DNA of 64,000 nucleotides from an uncultured Gemmatimonadota bacterium. GTDB lineage: Bacteria; Gemmatimonadota; Gemmatimonadetes; Palauibacterales; Palauibacteraceae. The notes under the pieces are model-generated. The model was given only the letters and a program-made list of their open reading frames with translations, searched no databases and was not told where the DNA came from. The DNA is taken from positions 44,420 to 108,419 of the forward strand of contig CAZSKS010000001.1 in NCBI GenBank assembly GCA_964607465.1, written 5' to 3'. Position 1 is the stretch's first letter. Each line of letters begins with the position of its first letter. Below, in pieces: positions 17,752 to 25,669 of the stretch. Made by a program: the position numbers and the translations under genes.

Positions 17752-19244
17752 CGACCGGGAAGGTCCTCTTCGTCACGGGCCGGTTCGCCGAGCCCGCCCT
17801 GCGGGAGACCGTGGCGGAGATGGAGGCCGGCTTCGAGTCGGAGGTGGCCGTCATGAAGATCACGGTGGCCGCCCTCATGACGCCGGACTGGATCGCCCGC
17901 TTCCTCGAGCCGCCGGAGGGCGTCGACCTTATCCTCCTCCCCGGCCTCTGTCGCGGCGACGTGGAGCCCCTGGAGGAGGCCACCGGGCTGCGGGTGGAGA
18001 AGGGACCCGACGACCTGCGCCGCATTCCCCAGTACTTCGGCCTGGCCGAGGCCCGGCGCGACTACGGGGACCACGACATCCAGATCCTGGCCGAGGTGAA
18101 CAACGCCGGGGAGCGTCCCCGCGACGAGGTGCTGGCGGAGGCGCGCCACTACCGGGACAGCGGCGCCGACGTCATCGACGTGGGCTGCACGCCCGGGCGG
18201 GCGTTCCCGGGGCTGGGCCAGCTGGTGGAGGAGCTGCGCGCCGGGGACATGCGGGTCAGCGTCGACAGCTTCGACGAGGGGGAGATCCGCACGGCGGTGG
18301 AACACGGCGCGGAGATGGTGCTGAGCGTCAACAGCGAGAACCTGGAGGTGGCCCGGGACCTGGAGGCGACCGTCGTGGCCATCCCGGACTTCGACGAGCC
18401 GCTGTCGTCCCTGGACCCCACGGTCGAGAAGCTGGAGGCGTGGGGCACCCCCTACGTCGTGGACGCCGTCATCGATCCCATCGGCTTCGGCTTCGCCGAG
18501 TCCCTGGGCCGCTTCGTCACCGCCCGGGAGCGCTATCCCGAGGCGGAGATGCTCATGGGCATCGGCAACCTGAGCGAGCTCACCGACGCCGACACCACGG
18601 GGGTCAACGCCCTGCTGGTGGGCTTCTGCCAGGAGCTCGGCATCCGGCACGTCCTCACCACCGAGGTGATCCCCTGGGCCCGGGGGGCGGTCCGGGAAGT
18701 GGACGTCGCCCGGCGGCTGATGCACTTCGCGGTGACCCGGGGGCGGCTGCCCAAGCACCTGGACGACCGGCTGCTGACGGTGAAGGACGCCGACCCGATC
18801 TGGAGGAACGAGGAGGAGCTGCGGAAGCTGCAGGAGGAGATCACCGACCCGAACTTCCGCATCTTCACCGACGACGAGAGGATCTACGTGTTCAACCGTG
18901 ACCTCTTCCTCGCCGGGCGGGACATCCAGGAGATCTTCGGGCGGCTGGGCGTGGAGGACCCGTCCCACGCCTTCTACCTCGGCAAGGAGCTGCAGAAGGC
19001 TCGCCACGCCGTCCACCTGGGCAAGACCTACCGGCAGGAGGGGGAGTTGGACTTCGGGTACCTGACCCTGCCCGAGGAGGCGACGGGGGAGGTGGAGCTG
19101 ACCTACTCGAGCCGTCAGTCCCGCCAGGCCGCCGACGGCGCGCCCCCGGAGAACGGAACCGACGGGGAGACCTCCCGCAGCGGCGACGCCGGGGCCCCCG
19201 GCAACGGCGCACCGGACCCGGGCGACGACAGGGAGGGCGGATGA
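17748..19244 (+). CDS. dihydropteroate synthase-like protein (MptH-type, H4MPT biosynthesis)
   Basis: GADVIDVGCTPG..., SVDSFDEGEI..., IDPIGFGFAESL..., MGIGNLSELTDADTTGVNALL form a pterin-binding barrel with N- and C-terminal extra domains, as in archaeal-type DHPS-like proteins. Confidence 0.82.
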   Translation: MTTGKVLFVTGRFAEPALRETVAEMEAGFESEVAVMKITVAALMTPDWIARFLEPPEGVDLILLPGLCRGDVEPLEEATGLRVEKGPDDLRRIPQYFGLAEARRDYGDHDIQILAEVNNAGERPRDEVLAEARHYRDSGADVIDVGCTPGRAFPGLGQLVEELRAGDMRVSVDSFDEGEIRTAVEHGAEMVLSVNSENLEVARDLEATVVAIPDFDEPLSSLDPTVEKLEAWGTPYVVDAVIDPIGFGFAESLGRFVTARERYPEAEMLMGIGNLSELTDADTTGVNALLVGFCQELGIRHVLTTEVIPWARGAVREVDVARRLMHFAVTRGRLPKHLDDRLLTVKDADPIWRNEEELRKLQEEITDPNFRIFTDDERIYVFNRDLFLAGRDIQEIFGRLGVEDPSHAFYLGKELQKARHAVHLGKTYRQEGELDFGYLTLPEEATGEVELTYSSRQSRQAADGAPPENGTDGETSRSGDAGAPGNGAPDPGDDREGG

Positions 19245-19804
19245 TCATCGAGAGCATCTTCACGACGCGCGACGCCGAGGGGAACCTGAACTTCTCGCCC
19301 ATGGGCGTCGTGTGGGGCGAGGAGGAGATCGTCGTGAAGCCCTACAAGGAGACCTCCACCTACCCCAACCTGGTGGAGACCGGCCAGGCCGTGGTCAACA
19401 TCACCGACGACGTCCGGCTGTTCGCCCGGGGAGCCATCGGGAAGCCGACGTTCCCGTGGTCCGAGGCCCGGGTCGTCGACGGTGCCGTCGTGGACGCCGC
19501 CTGCTCCTGGCGGGAGCTGGAGGTCGTGGAGGTGGACGACTCGGAGGAGCGGGCGCGGATCCGCACCCGCGTCGTCCACCGGGAGGTCCGCCGGGAGTTC
19601 GTGGGCTTCAACCGTGCGCGGGCCGCGGTGATCGAGGCCGCCATCCTGGCCACCCGGACCCGCTTCCTGCCCATGGAGGAAATCCTCGAAGACTTCGACC
19701 GTCTCCAGACCATCGTGGACAAGACCGGGAGTCCCGTGGAGCACGAGGCGTTCGACCACCTGGCGGGCTACGTGGAGGCCGAGGCCGCGACGTCCGGGGA
19801 ATGA
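19241..19804 (+). CDS. DUF447-like protein (putative flavin-binding split barrel) of methanopterin islands
   Basis: MIIESIFTTRDAEGNLNFSPMGV...NITDDVRLFARGA...FVGFNRARAAVIEAAILATR. ATGA overlap with the preceding gene. The family call is from memory. Confidence 0.7.
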   Translation: MIIESIFTTRDAEGNLNFSPMGVVWGEEEIVVKPYKETSTYPNLVETGQAVVNITDDVRLFARGAIGKPTFPWSEARVVDGAVVDAACSWRELEVVEVDDSEERARIRTRVVHREVRREFVGFNRARAAVIEAAILATRTRFLPMEEILEDFDRLQTIVDKTGSPVEHEAFDHLAGYVEAEAATSGE

Positions 19805-19917
19805 CGTTCCGGGAAGGACGGGCCGGACACGACCGGCGCGGGAGGACGGGCCCGGCGTCGGCCGCGCGCCGTCGCGGCGCCGTCTCCGCCGAACCGTCGG
19901 TCGGATCGCCGGCGGCT

Positions 19918-20667
19918 TCAGCGGCCGCCGGCCTCGAGCCGGCGCACCGTCGCCGGCGGCAGCCGTCCACCGTACAGGGCGGTGGCCACGAGACACTCGT
20001 CGCACCCCTCCGCGGCCAACGCCCGGACGTCGGCCGCCCCCCGGATCCCGCCGCCCACGGCGAGCTCGACGCCGGGCGCGGCCGAGCGGACCGCCCGGAG
20101 GCGCTCCAGCGCCGGACCCCGCTCCGAGCCCACCCGCTCCAGGTCCAGGAGCTGAACGGTGCCGGTCCCCCGGGCGGCCGCTTCCTCCGCGGCGGCCTCG
20201 GCGGTCGACGGGGGGTCGTCGGCGGGACGCCACGCCGGCGCGTGCGGTCCCGACGCATCCACGTCGAGGCTGAACACGGTGCGATCGCGCCCCGCCGCCT
20301 CCGCGACGCGCTCCAGGTCCTCCCAGCCCTCCAGGGTCTCCAGCCCCACCACCACCTGTCGGGCGCCGACCCGCAGGAGGGCACGGGCCCGGTCCGGCCG
20401 CCGGACGGCGGCGTCCACCCGCAGGCGGTGGCCGTCCCGGGCCAGCGACTCCACCAGCGCGAGGTCGGGGGGATCGCCGGCCAGCGCGTCCAGGTCGGCC
20501 ACGTAGAGCGGACGCTCTCCCCACCGCTCCCGCAGGCGTCCGGCCAGCTCCACGGGATCGTCCGGGAAGGGGAAGCGCCGTGAGAGGGCCGGATACCGCC
20601 GGCGGTCGCCGCCGGTGGCGTGCACCACGCGGCCCTGCCGCACGTCCAGCACGGGGAGGATGATCAT
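19918..20667 (-). CDS. HisA/HisF-family (beta/alpha)8 barrel protein of methanopterin islands
   Basis: MIILPVLDVRQGRVVHATGG... and C-terminal ...VGGGIRGAADVRAL..GCDECLVATALY are typical HisA/HisF ends. The start ATG 20667-20665 lies inside the longer shadow ORF 19918-21354. Confidence 0.8.
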   Translation of the reverse strand: MIILPVLDVRQGRVVHATGGDRRRYPALSRRFPFPDDPVELAGRLRERWGERPLYVADLDALAGDPPDLALVESLARDGHRLRVDAAVRRPDRARALLRVGARQVVVGLETLEGWEDLERVAEAAGRDRTVFSLDVDASGPHAPAWRPADDPPSTAEAAAEEAAARGTGTVQLLDLERVGSERGPALERLRAVRSAAPGVELAVGGGIRGAADVRALAAEGCDECLVATALYGGRLPPATVRRLEAGGR

Positions 20668-21838
20668 CGGGACCCGCAATGTGGCGCCCCGCCTGGTGGT
20701 GTGCGAGCACTTCTCCGCCGGGGGCGGCCTCGCCGGGACCGACGCCGCCTCCACCCGGCGGGAGGGCCGCGCCATGCTCCTGGCGCTGCTGGCCGACCTG
20801 CGGGAGCTGCGGGAGGTGGACGGGCTTCCGGGAGCGTGCTCCCTCGCCGCCGTCGTCCGGCCGGAGCTCGCCTCCGCGCTGCCGCCGGGCGTCGACGCCC
20901 TGCCCGGGGACGACGATCCGGCCGCGGCCCTGGCCGGTGCGCTGGCGGACGGCGGCGGACGGGCCTGGCCGGTGGCGCCGGAGACCCGCGGGACGCTGGC
21001 CCGGCTGGTCCGGGTCGCCGAGCGCACGGGCGAAGGGGTCGTGGGGACGACCTGCCGGGGGGTGCGGCGGGCCGCCCGGCGGTGGGCGCTCCTCCGGCGC
21101 CTGGAGCGGGCCGGCGTGCCCGTGCCGCGGACCCTGCCGGCTGCCGCCGACGGGGACGCCAGGCGCGCCCTCGAGGCGCTCGGCACCCCCGTGGTCGTCA
21201 AGCCGGGCAGCGGGGCCGGCGGAGCGGGCGTCCGACGGGTGGACGACGCCGACGACGTGGCCGACGCCCGCGCCGCCGCCGCCTCCGTCGAGCCCGGGCT
21301 GGCGCCGCTGGTCCAACGGTTCGAGCCCGGAACGCCGGCCAGCGTGACCCTCATCGTGGACGGAGGGAGGGTTCGTCCGCTGGCCCTGAACCGGCAGCTC
21401 GTCCGGTTCGGGCCCGAGGCCCGCTACGAGGGCGGGATCACGCCCCTCCACCATCCGGACGCCCCCATCGCCCGGCGGACCGCTGCCGACGCCGTGCGCG
21501 CCTGCGGCGGGCTCCGCGGGCTGGTGGGCGTGGATCTCGTCCTCGGGCCGGACGGCCCGGTGGTGCTGGAGGTGAACCCGCGCCTCACCACCTCCTACCT
21601 CGGCCTCCGGCACCACCTGGGTCCGGGGCCGGCCCGCGCGGCGCTCTGCGCCTCCGGGCTCCGTCCGGCCGGTGACTCCCCGGCGTTCGATACGCTCGAC
21701 CCGTCGGCGCCCCTGACCGGCGACCCCGTGCGCTTCGGCCCCGGGGGGCGCCCGCCGGACCGTTCCGCCGACGGAGCACCCCGGGCCGCCGCCTCCCGGG
21801 CTTCCCGGACCGGGGCTGCCCGCCCCGGGACCCCGTGA
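20660..21838 (+). CDS. ATP-grasp ligase, MfnD-like (tyramine:L-glutamate ligase) candidate
   Basis: RLVVCEHFSAGGGLAG..., VVVKPGSGAGGAGV..., LVQRFEPGTPASV..., VGVDLVLGPDGPVVLEVNPRLTTSY show the ATP-grasp core. The start is ATG 20660 or GTG 20681. Confidence 0.7.
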   Translation: MIIGTRNVAPRLVVCEHFSAGGGLAGTDAASTRREGRAMLLALLADLRELREVDGLPGACSLAAVVRPELASALPPGVDALPGDDDPAAALAGALADGGGRAWPVAPETRGTLARLVRVAERTGEGVVGTTCRGVRRAARRWALLRRLERAGVPVPRTLPAAADGDARRALEALGTPVVVKPGSGAGGAGVRRVDDADDVADARAAAASVEPGLAPLVQRFEPGTPASVTLIVDGGRVRPLALNRQLVRFGPEARYEGGITPLHHPDAPIARRTAADAVRACGGLRGLVGVDLVLGPDGPVVLEVNPRLTTSYLGLRHHLGPGPARAALCASGLRPAGDSPAFDTLDPSAPLTGDPVRFGPGGRPPDRSADGAPRAAASRASRTGAARPGTP

Positions 21839-22962
21839 GCTCCGGCGGCTGGCTGGGCCTGGACGTCGGGGGCGCCAACCTGAAATACGCCGTGGCCGAG
21901 GACGCCCGGTCGCCCCGCCTCGTCACCTCCGGGCTGCTCCCCTTCGAGCTGTGGCGCGACCCCGCGGTCCTCCCCGAAAGGCTCCGGGAGGTGGCACGGC
22001 GGGTCGGCGAGGCCCCGCGGCGGACGGGGAGCGCGGATGCCCGGGCGACCGGGCCGGGGGCTTCCGACGCGACAGGGACGGCGGCTACCGACCCCTCCCG
22101 GGTGGCCCTGACCCTGACCGCCGAGCTGGCGGACTGCTTCCCGAGCCGCGCCGCCGGCGTCCGCCGGATCGTGGACGCGGTGACGTCCACCTGGCCATCG
22201 GCCACCTGCCGGGTGTGGAGCTCCGACGGCGGCTGGCGGGATCCCGACCGGGCGCGGGCCGCTCCGGGGGAGGTCGCCGCCGCGAACTGGTTGGCGCCGG
22301 CCACGTGGCTGGCCCGCCGGGGCCGGAACGTGCTCCTCGGCGACCTGGGGAGCACGACCACGGACCTGGTCCCCGTGCGGTCCGGCCGCGCCGGCACCGA
22401 GGCCCGGACCGATCTGGAGCGCCTGCGGGCCGGCGAGCTCGTCTACACGGGCCTCCTCCGCACCCCGGTCTGCGCCCTGGTGGAGGAGGTGGAACTGCCG
22501 TCCGGCCCCGTGCCGGTGGCGGCGGAGCTGTTCGCCGTCTCGGCCGACGTCCACCTGTGGCTCGGCAGCCTGACCCCCGACGGGTACCGGTGCGAGCCGC
22601 CGGACGGAGGTGCCCGGACGCGGGAGGGGGCCGGCCGTCGGCTGGCCCGGATGCTGTGCTCGGACCCGGAGGAGCTGGGCGTGCCGGCGATCACGGCGCT
22701 GGCCGAGCGGGCGGCCGACGCCCAGGCGGCGCTGGTCCGCCGGGCGGTCCGCAGCCAGCGGGCGCGGCCGGGGAGCGACGTCCCGCGGACGGCCTGCTGC
22801 ACCGGGGCCGGCGCCGACCTCCTGGCGGCCTGGCTCCGGCGGGCCGGCCTGGAGGTAGTCCGGGATCCGCCCGCTCCCCTCGCCGGCCCGCACGCCGCGG
22901 CGTCCACCGCCTGCACCCTGGCCCTGCTGGCGCTGGAGGACCACGGGGACGACGGGTCGTGA
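21835..22962 (+). CDS. hydantoinase/oxoprolinase-fold 'H4MPT-linked C1 transfer pathway' protein, MfnF-like candidate
   Basis: GWLGLDVGGANLKYAV...LWRDP...LTLTAELADCF is the N-terminus of that family. GTGA overlaps on both sides. Confidence 0.72.
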   Translation: MSSGGWLGLDVGGANLKYAVAEDARSPRLVTSGLLPFELWRDPAVLPERLREVARRVGEAPRRTGSADARATGPGASDATGTAATDPSRVALTLTAELADCFPSRAAGVRRIVDAVTSTWPSATCRVWSSDGGWRDPDRARAAPGEVAAANWLAPATWLARRGRNVLLGDLGSTTTDLVPVRSGRAGTEARTDLERLRAGELVYTGLLRTPVCALVEEVELPSGPVPVAAELFAVSADVHLWLGSLTPDGYRCEPPDGGARTREGAGRRLARMLCSDPEELGVPAITALAERAADAQAALVRRAVRSQRARPGSDVPRTACCTGAGADLLAAWLRRAGLEVVRDPPAPLAGPHAAASTACTLALLALEDHGDDGS

Positions 22963-23669
22963 GTCCGCGCGAGCCGACGTCCACCTCCCCCACCGGGCCC
23001 CGGGTCGTCTGCAAGATCGGGGGCTCCCTGCTGGATGGAGGATGGGCCCCGGACCTCGTGGCGGCCCTCCGGCGCGCGGCGCCGGGCCTCGGGATCCTGG
23101 CGGTGCCCGGCGGCGGGAGGGCGGCCGACCGCATCCGCGCCCGCTACCTCCGGGGGAAGCTGGACCTGTCAGAGGCCCACTGGGCCGCCATACGGGCGCT
23201 GGACGCCAACGCCCTGCGTCTCGCCGGGGGCTGCGGGGCCGAGCTCCCGGTGGTCACGGGCCCCGAGGCGTGGGGCGCGGGCACCGGGCGGTACGCGGAC
23301 CGGGGCCCGGGCGCCGGCGGTCGGCTGGCCGTGCTGGCTCCCTTCCCCCTGCTCCGCGCGCAGGACCCCCTGCCCCACGGCTGGGAGGTGACCAGCGACA
23401 GCATCGCCGCCTGGGTCGCCGACCGGTGCGGCGCCTCCCGCCTGCTGCTGCTGAAGGCCCGCGGGGACCGCCGCCCCCCCGGCCCGGACGGCCGGGCGGC
23501 CCGGCTGTCGGCCCGCCGCGCCGGCGACCGGGGCCTCGTGGACCGCCACCTCTCCAGCCTGCTCCGGACGGCCGCCTTCCGGACCTGGATCGTGAACGGC
23601 CGTCACCCCGATCGGCTGCTGGCCTTCCTCACCGGCGACGGGACGGCCGCGACCCCTCTCCTGCCCTGA
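22959..23669 (+). CDS. amino-acid-kinase-fold protein, MfnE-like candidate
   Basis: VVCKIGGSLLDGG...LAVPGGGRAADRIR...VTSDSIAAWVA...LLLLKA are AAK-fold motifs. The GTG start overlaps the upstream stop. Confidence 0.7.
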   Translation: MSPREPTSTSPTGPRVVCKIGGSLLDGGWAPDLVAALRRAAPGLGILAVPGGGRAADRIRARYLRGKLDLSEAHWAAIRALDANALRLAGGCGAELPVVTGPEAWGAGTGRYADRGPGAGGRLAVLAPFPLLRAQDPLPHGWEVTSDSIAAWVADRCGASRLLLLKARGDRRPPGPDGRAARLSARRAGDRGLVDRHLSSLLRTAAFRTWIVNGRHPDRLLAFLTGDGTAATPLLP

Positions 23670-24160
23670 CCCCGCATCGCCGACGTCCCGGCGGAAGCGC
23701 ACCGGTCCAGGAGTGAGTCGGCCGCCGCCAGGATCCTGTCCGACGGATCCCGCTGCCGCCGGGTTCGGCCCCGCCGGTCGAAGAACTCGTGGAAGGTCCG
23801 GGCCTCGACGGCGAGGGCGGCCGCCCCCGGCTCGGCTTCGGCCCGCTCCACCGTGAGCTGGCCGACGGCGCGCTGGAAGCTGGGGCCCGACCGTCGCACC
23901 GAGCGATCCGTCCGCTCCAGCACCACCCGGTGGTCCGACCGGTCCACGGAGACGGCCTCGAAGCCCATCTCCTCGCCTTCTTCGAGCGAGCAGTCGATGG
24001 CCCCGGACAGCGAGCCGACCGGGGCGGAGCGCACGGCGGTCCGGCTCGCCCCGCACGCCGCGGCCAGCATCAGCACCAGCAGGACCATGGCCCCCGGCGT
24101 CAGCCATCCCGTGCCCCGAGGACGGGCGCCGGCATCACCTGGAGAAGAGACGTTGATCAT
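23603..24160 (-). CDS. hypothetical lipoprotein
   Basis: Signal peptide plus lipobox (MVLLVLMLAAAC-G). Its 3' end overlaps the convergent kinase-fold gene by 67 nt, so the C-terminus is doubtful. Confidence 0.4.
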   Translation of the reverse strand: MINVSSPGDAGARPRGTGWLTPGAMVLLVLMLAAACGASRTAVRSAPVGSLSGAIDCSLEEGEEMGFEAVSVDRSDHRVVLERTDRSVRRSGPSFQRAVGQLTVERAEAEPGAAALAVEARTFHEFFDRRGRTRRQRDPSDRILAAADSLLDRCASAGTSAMRGQGRRGVAAVPSPVRKASSRSG

Positions 24161-24204
24161 CGTGAAGTCACCGTTCGGTTCGGTTGCGGATCGTGGACCC
24201 CCAC

Positions 24205-24240
24205 GAAAAAAGCGGCCTCCGGGTGGGAGACCGCTTTTTC
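24205..24240 (-). terminator. rho-independent terminator after the porin gene
   Basis: The minus strand reads GCGGUCUCC-CACCC-GGAGGCCGC followed by UUUUUU. The plus strand also ends in a T-run, so it may act bidirectionally. Confidence 0.65.
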
Positions 24241-24274
24241 CGCAGCGGCTGTCTGCCGTTCGAACAGCGCCGGA

Positions 24275-25477
24275 TCAGAAGAAGAGCATCAGGCCGCCCG
24301 AGAGGACGATGGAGCTGTTCTTCTCGGTGGCGTCCACGTCGTCGTCGGACCACGTGTAGCTGCCTTCGCCGACCACCATCAGCGACTCGGTGGCCTGGGC
24401 GTAGATGCCGCCCGTGAGCGAGCTGTTCGAGGTCTCGAACTCGGGCTCGTCGTCGGCCGCCTCGATGATGCTCTCACCGTAGCTCAGCCCCAGCGTCACG
24501 TCGCTACCCTCGGGGGTCACCGTCGCCTGCCCGATGTACCCGTAGCTGGGACGCAGGTCGGTCGAGCCCGTGGCGCTCCGGGCGCCGGCGAACATCAGCG
24601 TGGTGCCGATGCCGGTGCCGTAGTAGCCCGAGCCCGTCAGCGAGAAGACCTCGCCGCCGTACTGCAGGCCGCCCGAGATGCCCGCCGACGTGGCCGACTC
24701 GTCGAGGTCGGTGTCCTTCTGGGTCTGCAGGAGCCCGCCGGCCCAGAACATCACGTCACCCGAGCTGTAGGTGAACTCGCTCTCCAGGCGCGGCAGCGTC
24801 GTCTCGTCGAAGCCGTTGTGCGTGTCAGGATCGAACAGCGCGACCGTGAACTGCGCCGGGTTCTCCGAGGGCGTGCTGTAGGCGATCTGGGCGTTGAAGT
24901 TCGGATACACGTAGCCGAACCCGATCCGGCCCAGCGTGGTGCCGCCCGGATCGGCGAAGTTGCCGCCCGTGGCGCCGACCCCGGTGAGGGTCATGTCGGT
25001 GAGGATGTTCTGCCGCTGGAACACGCCGATGGCGCGGCCGGCCAGGATCTGGCCGAAGTCCCCGCCCACGGTCATGTAGACCTCGCGCATGTCGATCTGC
25101 GCGCCGGCCTGGGTGCCGTTGCCGAAGTTGTCGTGCCCGCCGGGCGTCTGGATCTGCGGCGCGAAGCCGAAGTGGACCCCGAGATCGAGCCCGCCCTCCT
25201 GGCCGTTGGCCTCGAAGGTGGCGAAGGTGGGCAGGAGACCCGTCCGCACCGTGCTGCCCTGGGCGTCCGTCCCCACCAGGGCGAACGGGCTCCCGATCTC
25301 GCCGTCCTCCGACGCCGACTCGAAGACCCAGAACGCGTTCACGTTGCCCGTGAACGTGAACGACCATCCGTCGTCCGCCGTCACGGTCACCTGGGCGTCG
25401 GCCGGCTGCGTTCCCAGCAGCAGGAACATGAAGCAGGCCGCGACGATCGCCAGCAAGCTCTTGTTACGCAATGACAT
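24275..25477 (-). CDS. outer-membrane beta-barrel porin
   Basis: Signal peptide MSLRNKSLLAIVAACFMFLLLGTQPADAQ, alternating beta-strand pattern, and a C-terminal ...GGLMLFF aromatic terminus. SD is AAGGAGG. Confidence 0.75.
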   Translation of the reverse strand: MSLRNKSLLAIVAACFMFLLLGTQPADAQVTVTADDGWSFTFTGNVNAFWVFESASEDGEIGSPFALVGTDAQGSTVRTGLLPTFATFEANGQEGGLDLGVHFGFAPQIQTPGGHDNFGNGTQAGAQIDMREVYMTVGGDFGQILAGRAIGVFQRQNILTDMTLTGVGATGGNFADPGGTTLGRIGFGYVYPNFNAQIAYSTPSENPAQFTVALFDPDTHNGFDETTLPRLESEFTYSSGDVMFWAGGLLQTQKDTDLDESATSAGISGGLQYGGEVFSLTGSGYYGTGIGTTLMFAGARSATGSTDLRPSYGYIGQATVTPEGSDVTLGLSYGESIIEAADDEPEFETSNSSLTGGIYAQATESLMVVGEGSYTWSDDDVDATEKNSSIVLSGGLMLFF

Positions 25478-25669
25478 GGTCCACCCCTCCTTTGGCGTGA
25501 AGAGCCCCCCGGCGACGGACGCAGAGCGTCCCGTCCGCCGGCAGACATCACTAGCTTCAGCCTCAATCCACCCCAAGGTAATGGTTCGCCGGCCAAAGGT
25601 GAAGACGTGTCTACTATGTCGATAGTAATACGCGAGCCCCCCCGGGGAGGGCCGGCGGACGGTCTCGCC

